Counted from the first letter of the whole stretch, positions 39,195 through 48,986 are shown. The stretch: DNA of 55,533 nucleotides, filler included, from Armatimonadota bacterium (GCA_031400935.1; 5 parts of 5 records of this genome joined end to end with filler, not necessarily neighbours in it); one strand, 5' to 3'. Program-made: numbers and translations. The notes: a model not told the origin generated them from the letters alone.

Positions 39195-39431
39195 GTCATT
39201 CGGCTGACGTTTGCGATGCTGGGGCATGACCAGATCGAAATCTATTCCAAACGCGGAAGCGAAACGGAATGGACAATTATCACGGTGGATTCCAACAGTC
39301 CGTATGTGGATGCCCGCCCGCCGCTGGTTGCGAATACTCCCGAAGTCCGGCAATTCCGGGCTCGGTTCAAAGATAACGACTTCCCCGTTGGGGAATGGAG
39401 CGATGTGATTTCGGTCACTGCTCAGGCGTAA
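39195..39431 (+). CDS. 3' fragment of a hypothetical Ig/FN3-like protein
   Basis: Frame open from the contig start; ends ...VGEWSDVISVTAQA. Confidence 0.6.
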   Translation, partial: VIRLTFAMLGHDQIEIYSKRGSETEWTIITVDSNSPYVDARPPLVANTPEVRQFRARFKDNDFPVGEWSDVISVTAQA

Positions 39432-39446
39432 GGTTCTTTGAACATT

Positions 39447-39476
39447 CCTGCCCCGCTGGGAAACTTGCGGGGCAGG
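39447..39476. terminator. hairpin between convergent genes
   Basis: CCTGCCCCGC...GCGGGGCAGG. Confidence 0.7.
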
Positions 39477-39491
39477 TTGATGAGGCGGCTA

Positions 39492-42400
39492 CTACATTGC
39501 TGGAACGACGCAGTCGTCAGTATAGAATCGCGGATCGTCATGAAATTCTTGAGGCAAGCCTGGAGGAACAATTCGCCCGCCGTCTCTTTCAACAATTGCA
39601 GCTTCAAAGTTCAATGCCAGCAATTTGGGCAAAGGATCAGAACCTGGTTGAATTTCGTAGGCTTGGGCTACTGCCTCGTGCAATGCACGGAGTGCATCAC
39701 GAAAGTCTAGTTTCCCTGGCTTGTCCAGCAGGCGGTAGATCGTACGCAAACTTAGACCATGTTTGAGCATTAAGATGCGTCTTTCATTCCGTAAGTCAAC
39801 AGCAGCGGATGCTACAGCCAGAGCTTGCTTTTTTGAAAGGCTCTGGGGCCAGACAAAAGTGTCAAATACGGAATCTGATGTGTATCGATTATCGCCCTTC
39901 AACGTGCTGCACCTCTCTGTGAACCACTTCCAGTGGACAAAAGATTCTAGAATGCCGAAGGAATAGTCATCACTCATTGGAAAGACGGCCAACGCGTCGT
40001 TTGGGCGAATTCGGCTAGAAACAAACTCAAAGATTGGTCTCTTGGTAACGCGGCCGCAAACGATGTATCGAGGAATCGCAATAAGTTGGGAAATTAAGTC
40101 TGGTCTTCTGCGCCACATTCTCCACCATGACTCCAAATACTGTTGTCTAGGACCCTTTGGAGCATTCTCACCCAGTTCCTCCCTTTCTTCGTTGGCATTT
40201 TCTATTGCCTTGACAAGTGCAGTCTCTGACAACCTCTGGTAAGGCAATTGGAATGAGGAAGCTTCAGCCATATCACGTTCCCCAAAGTCAATGACAAGTC
40301 TCTCTGGGTACCAAATTACCGACGATTCGATAACTGGTGTTTGCTTAACTTCTGCGATTTCAATGGCTAGTCCAAGTTGCTCAGTCGCCTGTGGGGCACC
40401 GGCAAACAAGGAGGTCTGATAACGGCTTCGCGTCGTCTTTTGCGGACGATTCGGAATGAAGCCGAGCAATTCATCGGCAGTCATGAACGGGAAAAGGACG
40501 TTTCCGTTTCTTGAATCCTTTCGAATCCATTCTCCAGCTTCATCGTGTGGAACGAGGAAACCTGCATGCCCATGAGTCTGCCCTTGGAAACATGCTTTCG
40601 AATGCATATTGGTTCGAAGTCTCACTGCCTGAGTGACATCAATCTCAAATGTCAACGAGGCAGGAATTACTTCAACTTCTCTGGTTTCGAAAACAGGAAT
40701 CTTCTCTTTTTCTGTGCCATGCCCAATGACTTCGGTGGCTACCTGCTTGGAAAGCAGCCTTCTACCTTCGTAGTCGCCTTTTACCCAGTTCACGATGGAA
40801 ACATGAACGTTCGCTTCACCTGACCATTCTTGGGAAGATACGGCATCGGTAATCGTTCCTCCGTTTGAAACAATATAATCCAGCCCTCCCTCTCTCGAAA
40901 AGTTCTGGCGGATCGTGTTTGTGCCAACCAGTCCAGCTCTTGCCCCTTGCTTCAGACTGTCATGTGCCTTACGGAACCAATATACACAGAAGTCAGCGCG
41001 TCCAGGCATGTCGGGGTACATGTTGCGTATGTCTTCAACGTAACTCGCCCCAAATTCCTCTTGCATCTTGTTCTTGCTTTGGAATGGCGGATTGCCAATA
41101 ATCGCGTCAGCCTCCGGCCAGGGTTCAAGAATTGCATCTTGCCGAAGGATATTGGAGTCCATATTGTCAAGAGGAAGGGGCTTCTCTCGGTCATTGATCA
41201 TTTCGGCAAGGCGTGGGTCCAGTTCGTCAAGATGAGTTACCGAGAGTTCCTTCGCGATCATCAGTGTAACTTTTGCAAGTTCTACAGCGAATTCTAATGT
41301 GTCAATGCCGAAAAACTGCCGGGTCGAAACAAAAGTTGCTTCTGCCAAGAATTCTTTGGTTGCAGCAGCGTCAATGTCTAGCAACTTTCCGAATAAGCTT
41401 CGTTCAATTCGCTTCAACTCTGTGTACGCCAGGTAGAGGAAGTTGCCGCTACCGCATGCCGGATCAAGGACCCTGAATTTGGAAAGCTGGGTGTGAAGAG
41501 CAGTCAGTTCGGAAACGGACGCGGCTTTTGCAAGTTCGGCTCGCCATGGGTCACGAATTGTTGGGCGAACCACTTTCATGATGTCAAGGCGATTCGTATA
41601 GTGAGCACCCTGCACATGGCGCAGTTCCTTTCCCATCGTGTCTTCGAATAGCGTGCCAAAGATTTCGGGCTCAACCTGCGACCAGTCAAATTTGGTCGCA
41701 TTAAAGAGGGTCGTTCCTTCGCCAAAGCCCAAGTCAATGGGTTCAACGATGCTAAATATGCCTCCATTAAAATACTCGACGTCGAAATATCGGCCGCCGG
41801 CAGCTGGCATGTCGTCGTTCATTTGTCGAAATAAGCCACCAATTAGGTCGTAAAAATTTTCTTCTTTCCTCGCCTCAGTTACCAAGTTGCTAAAAATACT
41901 GTCTGGAAGCAAATCTGAATCTTCTGCGAAGAGCGCAATAAGGCATTGAAGTACATATCGCTGTGCTCGTTCTTCTGCAATGGGCCCTTTAATGCGAGAT
42001 TCGTTCGTAAGTTGGTTATAAAGGTCAGCCATAAACGAGGCGGCTGATCGGGTGAGTTTGACTCTGTCGCTGCGGAACTGTGGCTCTCTCGCTTGCGGAT
42101 AGAGGAACTGAAGGGACTTGTAGTTTTCGAGGAGGGTCGAAACTGGAACGATATCGACTGGATGATAGAGCTGTCGATTGAGGTCGTATATCCAAAATTC
42201 GTCAAAATTGCAAAGGATGACGAACTTTGGGCGATTCGGCGTGAGATGAAGCCAATAGTCAAATGCTTGATCGTAGTGTTGACCGAGGTTAGTGCCCCGT
42301 TTCTTCATTTCGATTAGGAGCTTCCCGGGCCAAACCAAATCTGCAAAAGTAACGCTCGCGCCTTGGCGAACCCGTTCTTCAAATCTTGCCCCAGCTTCTA

Positions 42401-42527
42401 GGACGCCTTCATGTTCGAAGGCGCGGAATAGGCGTTCACAAAATGCCTGCCCTTCTGACTTCTCGTCACCGCGGAGTTTGCCTGCGAAAGTCGCAAATTC
42501 GCTCAAACGCTCAGCAGGAGTAGGCAC
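39492..42527 (-). CDS. MmeI-like type IIL restriction-modification enzyme (nuclease + m6A methyltransferase + TRD)
   Basis: FADLVWP...IEMKK nuclease; FNGGIF; GAHYT; DPACGSGNF; GNPPF. Confidence 0.92.
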   Translation of the reverse strand: MPTPAERLSEFATFAGKLRGDEKSEGQAFCERLFRAFEHEGVLEAGARFEERVRQGASVTFADLVWPGKLLIEMKKRGTNLGQHYDQAFDYWLHLTPNRPKFVILCNFDEFWIYDLNRQLYHPVDIVPVSTLLENYKSLQFLYPQAREPQFRSDRVKLTRSAASFMADLYNQLTNESRIKGPIAEERAQRYVLQCLIALFAEDSDLLPDSIFSNLVTEARKEENFYDLIGGLFRQMNDDMPAAGGRYFDVEYFNGGIFSIVEPIDLGFGEGTTLFNATKFDWSQVEPEIFGTLFEDTMGKELRHVQGAHYTNRLDIMKVVRPTIRDPWRAELAKAASVSELTALHTQLSKFRVLDPACGSGNFLYLAYTELKRIERSLFGKLLDIDAAATKEFLAEATFVSTRQFFGIDTLEFAVELAKVTLMIAKELSVTHLDELDPRLAEMINDREKPLPLDNMDSNILRQDAILEPWPEADAIIGNPPFQSKNKMQEEFGASYVEDIRNMYPDMPGRADFCVYWFRKAHDSLKQGARAGLVGTNTIRQNFSREGGLDYIVSNGGTITDAVSSQEWSGEANVHVSIVNWVKGDYEGRRLLSKQVATEVIGHGTEKEKIPVFETREVEVIPASLTFEIDVTQAVRLRTNMHSKACFQGQTHGHAGFLVPHDEAGEWIRKDSRNGNVLFPFMTADELLGFIPNRPQKTTRSRYQTSLFAGAPQATEQLGLAIEIAEVKQTPVIESSVIWYPERLVIDFGERDMAEASSFQLPYQRLSETALVKAIENANEEREELGENAPKGPRQQYLESWWRMWRRRPDLISQLIAIPRYIVCGRVTKRPIFEFVSSRIRPNDALAVFPMSDDYSFGILESFVHWKWFTERCSTLKGDNRYTSDSVFDTFVWPQSLSKKQALAVASAAVDLRNERRILMLKHGLSLRTIYRLLDKPGKLDFRDALRALHEAVAQAYEIQPGSDPLPKLLALNFEAAIVERDGGRIVPPGLPQEFHDDPRFYTDDCVVPAM

Positions 42528-42545
42528 ACTCCCATTTTAGCCGTT

Positions 42546-42790
42546 CGACGGGTGACCAGGACAGATTGTGATGAACTTCGCAGGGTGAGCCTGACAGTTT
42601 GGGCTCCGGGTGGCATGGATCAGGCATTCTTCGCCTGGTTGTTGATCGTGGGTTAGACTTGGAAAAGAATGTTTGTCCATGAAAGCAAGTTGGGAATCAC
42701 TGACAAACTCGTTCCTCGCCTGTCAGTGCCACCCGGAGCCAGAATTTCAAGATGGGAGAATCTGTCCAGCTCACCCGTCGGGTGGCACTA
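42546..42790. repeat. cluster of composite GTGG-REP-like elements (two forward partial copies, one full reverse copy)
   Basis: CGACGGGTGACCAGGACAGATT; GGGTGAGCCTGACAG..GGCTCCGGGTGGCA; reverse copy 42698-42780 with CACTGACA...TGTCAGTG hairpin. Confidence 0.75.
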
Positions 42791-42876
42791 GTAAGAGATG
42801 AACGAAATTCGAAATTAGAGACTTTGGACGAACTGTGGGATTGAAAAACGTCCCCAAGTTTGATCTAATCAGAACG

Positions 42877-43959
42877 TCAATCGATCCACGATTCCTTCTT
42901 TAGCGGTCGCTCCTCAAGCATCATGATTAGGTCCCACCAATCGGCGAATTGAAAGACTAAAGTATCGCCATTAATGCGACTACCAAAGAGTTTTGCTACG
43001 CGAATCCGATCAGTCTCCGAGGGGTTTACAACGGCAAATAATTTCAGAGGCTTAGTGCTTTTCCCCAAAGAGGTTCCCAACAATGCTGAGGCCTTAAAGT
43101 CAGCTGAGGGAGAAGAATAACCAATCACAATTGCGGCTTCTGCACGATCGATAGCATTTGCGGCCCTTCTCCAAATTCTGCCCATTACACCCTGGAAAAC
43201 GTCTTTTTCAAAGGTTGGGGGAACAATAAGAGGATCAATCCTTGAATCATTTTCGTCGCGCAAAAAGAGAACATTGTCAACGTCTGGCCGACTTTCGAAA
43301 TACACGGAACCATGCAGTTTTAATATTGGCATGGTTCCCTTGTTTTGTCTGCCAGTTCGATAACGGAGTTGGCCCTTATGTCGGATTCCATAGGGTGACG
43401 CTTGCCCAAAGAACTCGGGTCGACGCTCAGCAATACACTCCTCGACAATGCAATCGTAATTGAACGTCAAAATTGCATCGTGCCAATCTAATCTCTCAAC
43501 TAATGGTATGTGATAACTTGAATTACCCGATGAAAACTGCACGAACGGTGGCTGACCCTTCGAAAAGTAGCTGTAGACGCTATAGATAGTAGACTTTAGT
43601 GCTTCAAGTTCCTGCGAAGCCTGCGTTTCAATATCCTTCAAACTGGTAATTGTGTCTGATCTCAGTAGGGACCTTGGAAGATCCTTTCCAAATTGATACT
43701 TTGCTGTTAAGCGATTGAACAGCTCTTCAAGTCCTGCTCCTCTAAAAGTACCAAATTCTCTCTTGGCAAGAGCGAGGACGGTTTCAAATGTTAAAGGACT
43801 GACCCGCTGGCCCCAGTAAGATAAATAGTCAAAAAAACCAGCATCAAGAGGGGGTCGGCTGTAGCTCTTGCCAAATAACCACTCATCACCATAGCTCGCA
43901 CCTGCACCAAGAACAATGCAGGTTCGAAGGCTGGTTTCGCCTGTGCAGAAGAACTTCAT
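42877..43959 (-). CDS. SIR2-like (SIR2_2) domain protein, candidate defence NADase
   Basis: IVLGAGAS, ILTFNYD, LKLHGS, IVPPT, IGYS. Confidence 0.85.
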   Translation of the reverse strand: MKFFCTGETSLRTCIVLGAGASYGDEWLFGKSYSRPPLDAGFFDYLSYWGQRVSPLTFETVLALAKREFGTFRGAGLEELFNRLTAKYQFGKDLPRSLLRSDTITSLKDIETQASQELEALKSTIYSVYSYFSKGQPPFVQFSSGNSSYHIPLVERLDWHDAILTFNYDCIVEECIAERRPEFFGQASPYGIRHKGQLRYRTGRQNKGTMPILKLHGSVYFESRPDVDNVLFLRDENDSRIDPLIVPPTFEKDVFQGVMGRIWRRAANAIDRAEAAIVIGYSSPSADFKASALLGTSLGKSTKPLKLFAVVNPSETDRIRVAKLFGSRINGDTLVFQFADWWDLIMMLEERPLKKESWID

Positions 43960-44020
43960 TCCTGTCGCCTACCTTATCATACAACCTAGACTGGAAGCGT
44001 CGTGAATCCGGCAAAAAAAC

Positions 44021-44242
44021 CTACGGAGCATTCCTCAAATGGTGCTCCAAACTGAAAAGCACATCAATCTCAGCCGAAGACAGCGTCGCAACAACAGTCT
44101 CATCGCTCGAAACGGACTCTCGAAAATCGGCCCCTTCCCACGATTTGGCGGCGTTGCGCTGGGCGACTTTATAGGCATCGGCGCGGCTGTGCCCTTTGCC
44201 CACCAGAGCCACCATCAGATGCTCGCTGAAAACCAGATCGCC
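44021..44242 (-). pseudogene. purB: orphan 3' fragment of adenylosuccinate lyase
   Basis: GDLVFSEHLMVALVGKGHSRADAYKVAQRNAAKSW...SLEHHLRN; in-frame stop at 44264-44266 upstream, so the rest of the gene is absent. Confidence 0.8.
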
Positions 44243-44322
44243 TCGATGACGTTCTTGAGTTCTTTACGATGGATGTTGCACCGTCTAAGTTTGCGCCTTA
44301 GAGCCAAACTCGATGCGAACTA

Positions 44323-45669
44323 TTATTCTTCCACAAATCCTTGATTTGTCTTCTTCTCATGAATGAGGATCGAACCCACAATAAACGTAATCGAAGCGAT
44401 TGCCATCGGATACCAAAGTCCTGCTAGCTTGTTTCCAGTCGCTCCGACCATGGCCGTTCCGATTAGCGGCACCAAACCCCCAAATACGCCGTTGCCGATG
44501 TGATACGGCAAGGACATGGAGGTGTACCGAATTCTAGTAGGAAACATTTCAACAAGGAATGCAGCGATCGGACCATACACCATTGTAACGAACACGACCT
44601 GGATGAAAACCAGGAAAACGAGAGTCCAATACGCCGTCGAATCCGGCGTAATTTGTATCTGAGGCTTCACTTTGTCGGATGGTGTTGGCGGATCCTTACG
44701 TGTAATCTTGAATCCTGCGCTTGCCCCAGTTGACACATTCCAAGTCGTTTCCTTCTTAGTTACGGGGTCAACAACTGTTTCAACTTTCGGAGCTGACATT
44801 GTAAAGGATTCCGGGGTTGGAATCGTGTTTTGCATAGCAGTATAGATCGGCATGTACGCCAAAACTGCAATCAAACAGCCCGCCATCATGATCTTCTTAC
44901 GCCCGATTCGGTCGCTCAAAAATCCAAAGAGAATGAACAACGGCGTTCCAAAAATTAGTGCCCAAGCGATGATCTTGTTCGCCGAGGCGCTTTGCACATT
45001 CATTACAGTCTGCAAAAAGTACAGAGCATAGAACTGGCCGGTGTACCAAACGACGCCTTGCCCGGCAGTTGCCCCAAAAAGCGCGATAAGAACGAGCCGA
45101 CGATTTTCGGGAGCGACAAAGCTCTCACGAAGCGGATTCTTGCTGATCTCGCCTTTGTCTTTGGTTTTTTGAAAGAGCGGCGATTCTGCCATTTTGCGAC
45201 GGATCACATAAGAAATCACGACGAGTACGCTTGAGAGAAGGAACGGGATTCGCCAGCCCCAAACGTTGAAGTCGGCTTCCCCGAGGGTTGATCTTGTTGC
45301 CAAAATCACTAAGAGCGAAACGAAGAGCCCAAGTGTGGCAGTCGTCTGAATGAAGCTTGTGTAAAAGCCTCGTTTGCCATCGGGAGCGTGTTCGGCAACG
45401 TATGTTGCCGCGCCGCCGTATTCGCCGCCAAGAGCAAGCCCTTGAATCAGGCGCAAAATCAAAACGAGAACTGGCGCGAAGTATCCAATTGTGTCAAAAC
45501 CGGGAACCAGACCAATGGCAAAAGTCGAAAGCCCCATCATGAGCAATGTGAGCATAAACGTGTGCTTTCTTCCGACCAAGTCGCCCATTCGTCCGAAGAA
45601 GATCGCGCCAAATGGGCGCACGATGAATCCTGTTGCAAAAGTTGCGAGCGTTACGATGAGCCCAAGCCC
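44323..45669 (-). CDS. MHS-family MFS transporter, 3' part (5' part at 55249-55533)
   Basis: GDLVGRK, LRLIQGLALGGEYGG, WGWRIPF, EMFPTRIRYT. Confidence 0.92.
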   Translation of the reverse strand, partial: GLGLIVTLATFATGFIVRPFGAIFFGRMGDLVGRKHTFMLTLLMMGLSTFAIGLVPGFDTIGYFAPVLVLILRLIQGLALGGEYGGAATYVAEHAPDGKRGFYTSFIQTTATLGLFVSLLVILATRSTLGEADFNVWGWRIPFLLSSVLVVISYVIRRKMAESPLFQKTKDKGEISKNPLRESFVAPENRRLVLIALFGATAGQGVVWYTGQFYALYFLQTVMNVQSASANKIIAWALIFGTPLFILFGFLSDRIGRKKIMMAGCLIAVLAYMPIYTAMQNTIPTPESFTMSAPKVETVVDPVTKKETTWNVSTGASAGFKITRKDPPTPSDKVKPQIQITPDSTAYWTLVFLVFIQVVFVTMVYGPIAAFLVEMFPTRIRYTSMSLPYHIGNGVFGGLVPLIGTAMVGATGNKLAGLWYPMAIASITFIVGSILIHEKKTNQGFVEE

Positions 45670-45769
45670 NNNNNNNNNNNNNNNNNNNNNNNNNNNNNNN
45701 NNNNNNNNNNNNNTTAATTAATTAANNNNNNNNNNNNNNNNNNNNNNNNNNNNNNNNNNNNNNNNNNNN
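45670..45769. other. artificial contig linker
   Basis: N-run, TTAATTAATTAA, N-run. Confidence 0.98.
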
Positions 45770-45770
45770 C

Positions 45771-45908
45771 GCTGAACGCGCTGAAGCCAAAGCGTCTAAG
45801 GACTTTGCGAGAGCCGATGCGATTCGGAAAGAACTTGACGCAAAAGGAATCGAACTCCGCGATGCGCCTGAAGGAACGACTTGGAAAGAAAAATCAACGC
45901 TGAGTTAA
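45771..45908 (+). CDS. cysS: 3' end of cysteinyl-tRNA synthetase, cut by the contig start
   Basis: [36 protein letters not shown]. Confidence 0.85.
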   Translation, partial: AERAEAKASKDFARADAIRKELDAKGIELRDAPEGTTWKEKSTLS

Positions 45909-47143
45909 AATTCGCCAAGCGTCGCCAGCCTGACCGCAATGTCCTTTGCCAAAAACTCGCTGGACTTTTTGTCAAATCCTATGGAATCAACTTGAGCCAC
46001 GAAGGGAACGGCTTTTGCCGATAACTTGGCAAGCATAGTGCGAATTGCAGGCTCTGGAATCTCAAAGAGCGCTCCGAATTTGACAAGGTCCCGCCCTCTG
46101 ATGTTTGCCTTTCGGCCCAATAGGTGAATCGCCATGGAGCGATCTTTGTATGGCACGGTTGTCAGCAGATCATAGCCAGGAGAAAGGCTCCAAATTCCGC
46201 CTTTTCTGGCTAAAACGCTGATGTTCTTGCCATGCAGATCGCCGTTTCCAATCACATAACTAAAGGCATAGAGTCGCAGAAAATGCAGCGCATCCACCTT
46301 CCAAGCCGGGCAGACTTCTTGCAATGCATTGACAGCATCCCTGGCGGAAACATTGTATTTGTCGCCCGGATATAACTCCAAAAGTTGGCAGATATCCTCT
46401 TGATGAAGCCGATTGGCAGTGCCGTCAGGCGCCATTTCGCGGTCGAACCTTTCAACCCAAAGCCCTGCCGAACCAGCGGCATCGTGAATGATCTTCACTT
46501 TTGGAACTGGGATTCCGCAAGCCTTCGCCATTTCCATAAAGAACATCTCGTTTTGAACCAGCATCGGATACTTGTCTGGGTTCAAATTCAACTTGATGAT
46601 TGCCGGATGGCCTTTGGCGCGAACTTGGGTGATCGTTATTCGGTTGGCGGAAATCTTTTCCTGAAAGCCGGGAATGCTAACTGCTTCAAGCCGCTTTGAA
46701 CTGACTCCGTATTGCTCTGCAAGAATTTCTTCAAACGTGGCGGTGCGAAGGTCCCACTCTTTCTTGAGGGGAACGTCTGGCTCTCGGCTCCAATCCAGCC
46801 AAACATCGCCGATTGTGTCCTTGCCTATGGCAACAAGGATGGAAAGTAGGTCATCGCGGGCTACTTTTGTTCTGGCTGCCACGGCTTGCAGCACCCATCC
46901 TTCGGGGAGCAAATTTGCAAAAAACGGGTGCAGGTTTACGCCGCTTACGTTGTGCTGCGCTCTCGAGCGAGGTATGGAGGAAGCAATGCTTGGCGCAAGC
47001 GATTCTGGAAGCTCTAGGTAGGCGTCGTCATAGGCAAACGATGCCCCTTCGCGGGTTCGTTCGAGCGTGCCAGCATACGTTTCTTTGCAAAACACAAAGG
47101 CGCGAGACTGGTAGTAGCCTTCAGGAATCTCTCGAACTCTCAT
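45905..47143 (-). CDS. hipA: HipA-family Ser/Thr kinase toxin
   Basis: [32 protein letters not shown]. Confidence 0.93.
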   Translation of the reverse strand: MRVREIPEGYYQSRAFVFCKETYAGTLERTREGASFAYDDAYLELPESLAPSIASSIPRSRAQHNVSGVNLHPFFANLLPEGWVLQAVAARTKVARDDLLSILVAIGKDTIGDVWLDWSREPDVPLKKEWDLRTATFEEILAEQYGVSSKRLEAVSIPGFQEKISANRITITQVRAKGHPAIIKLNLNPDKYPMLVQNEMFFMEMAKACGIPVPKVKIIHDAAGSAGLWVERFDREMAPDGTANRLHQEDICQLLELYPGDKYNVSARDAVNALQEVCPAWKVDALHFLRLYAFSYVIGNGDLHGKNISVLARKGGIWSLSPGYDLLTTVPYKDRSMAIHLLGRKANIRGRDLVKFGALFEIPEPAIRTMLAKLSAKAVPFVAQVDSIGFDKKSSEFLAKDIAVRLATLGEF

Positions 47144-47361
47144 TCGGGAATCACCGGCTGAAGCCCGATGGCACTGAGCACATCGAGCACTTTATCAATT
47201 CGGAGCGTGTGCTTTCCTTTTTCGAGCTCATTTACAAACACGAAATGGCAGCCAGCCAGAAGCGCCAGGTCTCGCTGGGTGAGTTTTAGCGCCTTTCGCC
47301 GCGTTCGCACCTTGGCTCCTGCGTCTTTCATCCATGTCTTAGAAGCTGTTTCTATTGCCAT
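47140..47361 (-). CDS. hipB: HipB-like (y4mF-type) HTH antitoxin
   Basis: RRKALKLTQRDLALLAG...ELEKGK; ATGA overlap with hipA. Confidence 0.88.
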   Translation of the reverse strand: MAIETASKTWMKDAGAKVRTRRKALKLTQRDLALLAGCHFVFVNELEKGKHTLRIDKVLDVLSAIGLQPVIPE

Positions 47362-47552
47362 TTGGCTAATAATACCTCATTTAAGACAATAACTTCCCTT
47401 ATTTGCGATTATTATCGCCTTTCGGCTAATTATGGATGACTGTTAGTTCAAATAAATGCTTATTTGGCATTTTATCAGCCGTTTGGCTAATTATTCTTGA
47501 TTTCTTAGCCGTTCGGCGTCATATTCGGCACTTTAATAGCCGATAGGCTAAG
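47354..47552. promoter_or_regulatory. five palindromic operators, consensus TAGCCG-n3-GGCTAA
   Basis: Copies start near 47354, 47414, 47475, 47505 and 47536; the first overlaps the hipB start and -10. Confidence 0.7.
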
Positions 47553-47641
47553 TATTTCTCGCTTTGCCAACACGAAATTTGAACCTAATTGAAGCTAGAG
47601 AAGTTTTGAGATTCTGTTGATCGCCAAAAGAGGGCAATTGG

Positions 47642-48229
47642 TCAATACCCTATAATGTGAAGCGAATGAACGTTCGTCTCATTTCCTTCGGCGAAAAACG
47701 GTGCCATTCGTCTGCACACCCTTGAAAAAGTCGAAGTACAACTTGGTGAATTTCCTTGTTTCTCGTACCAAATAGGCACCATTAGGATCAGATGTCGAGT
47801 GGATGGATGAATATGACATTTCCACATATCGAGCATGTCCATGTTGTTGTCTAAGGTCTTTCCCCTTTCGACCTCTACCATTATCGAGTATTGCTCTGTG
47901 TTCTTCACAAAATCAGGCTTGAAGCTTGCATCTGCCACTGAGTGACCAATTTCAGAAGAAAATCCGTTTGAAGCCAAAATTGGTTCAACTAAAGCTTGAA
48001 ATACACTACTTGAAGCCCCATGAGCCACAGATGCAAGATAGCCTTCAGAACCAAATACTTCTTCGATCCGGTCGACAAGCTGTTCTGTAATCTTTGCTGT
48101 TTCAATGACGCCTACCGCATCAGCGTTTTGTAAACTAAAAGTCTTCAATGGAATGTGGTTATCGCTACAGCGCCTTTCCGGATGTGCGACGACTTGACCG
48201 CATTCATGGCACTGAAAGGTGCTGCGCAT
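47642..48229 (-). CDS. PD-(D/E)XK-fold nuclease-like protein with an N-terminal CxxC motif
   Basis: CHEC; FKPDFV...VEVERGK. Confidence 0.6.
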   Translation of the reverse strand: MRSTFQCHECGQVVAHPERRCSDNHIPLKTFSLQNADAVGVIETAKITEQLVDRIEEVFGSEGYLASVAHGASSSVFQALVEPILASNGFSSEIGHSVADASFKPDFVKNTEQYSIMVEVERGKTLDNNMDMLDMWKCHIHPSTRHLILMVPIWYEKQGNSPSCTSTFSRVCRRMAPFFAEGNETNVHSLHIIGY

Positions 48230-48444
48230 TACGACTCCATCCGTTTGAGCAAAGTCGACGGCGAAACTCCCAAACCTTGTGCCAAAGCGACGATAGATCG
48301 CAAACTCGGATTTCGCTTGCCAGTCTCTATCCCAGCAATGTATGTGACATGGAGTTTCGAATGTTCAGCAAGTGTTTCTTGAGTCCAGCCAAGTTCCTTA
48401 CGGATTTCACGAACTGCATTTCCAAGCTGCTTTTCTATCTCCAT
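48229..48444 (-). CDS. XRE HTH protein resembling R-M controller (C) proteins
   Basis: WTQETLAE...YIAGIETGKRNPSLRSIVALAQGL; TAATG coupling to the nuclease gene. Confidence 0.85.
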   Translation of the reverse strand: MEIEKQLGNAVREIRKELGWTQETLAEHSKLHVTYIAGIETGKRNPSLRSIVALAQGLGVSPSTLLKRMES

Positions 48445-48505
48445 TTGGAACGGAGTCTAGTCGTAAGGGTTGACAAAGTCCATAGCCGATGAGTAATGTT
48501 TTCGG

Positions 48506-48835
48506 ATGGAATTGGTTTTTGGCGTACCTTTAGAACAATGGGACACACAATTGGAAAAGTTGCTAAATGAACGTGAAACGCTTGACGAACTCATGGAATC
48601 CGAAGAAGATTCCTATTTGCCATATTTTGTTAATCGCACGGTAGGTGAAGGGATTCTGTCTGGAACACTGGCAGACCTTGCTTTGCTCATCTGGTTTGGT
48701 GAGTACTCGATGCTTGGAGACTTAACTATGTCCTACGCAATGAGAGCATTCGCTTTGGCTTCGGGACTACAAGTAAATTGGGATGACCCAGGACTTGATC
48801 GGGAAATGAACAGATTACGCGAACTTGCTGATTGA
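48506..48835 (+). CDS. hypothetical acidic protein
   Basis: 109 aa; TTGACA-N18-TAATGT ends 6 nt before ATG. Confidence 0.65.
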   Translation: MELVFGVPLEQWDTQLEKLLNERETLDELMESEEDSYLPYFVNRTVGEGILSGTLADLALLIWFGEYSMLGDLTMSYAMRAFALASGLQVNWDDPGLDREMNRLRELAD

Positions 48836-48836
48836 G

Positions 48837-48910
48837 ATCCCCTACTCCGCCACCTTCAGCACGCTCAAAAACGCCTCTTGCGGGAGTTCGATGGTCCCGA
48901 TCTGCTTCAT
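48837..48910 (-). repeat. 74-bp direct repeat of the lepA 3' end (att-like)
   Basis: Matches 50560-50633 with two mismatches, both synonymous. Confidence 0.92.
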
Positions 48911-48986
48911 TAGATGTTCCCATTGATACAATATCTGGTAACTGTTTCATTGGATGCAACAGGTTCAAACAGGTACAATTTTACTA

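Noticed and set aside
45771..45908. cysS 3' end as another duplicated-gene-end scar
   Set aside because: It is cut by the contig start, so it may simply be the intact gene
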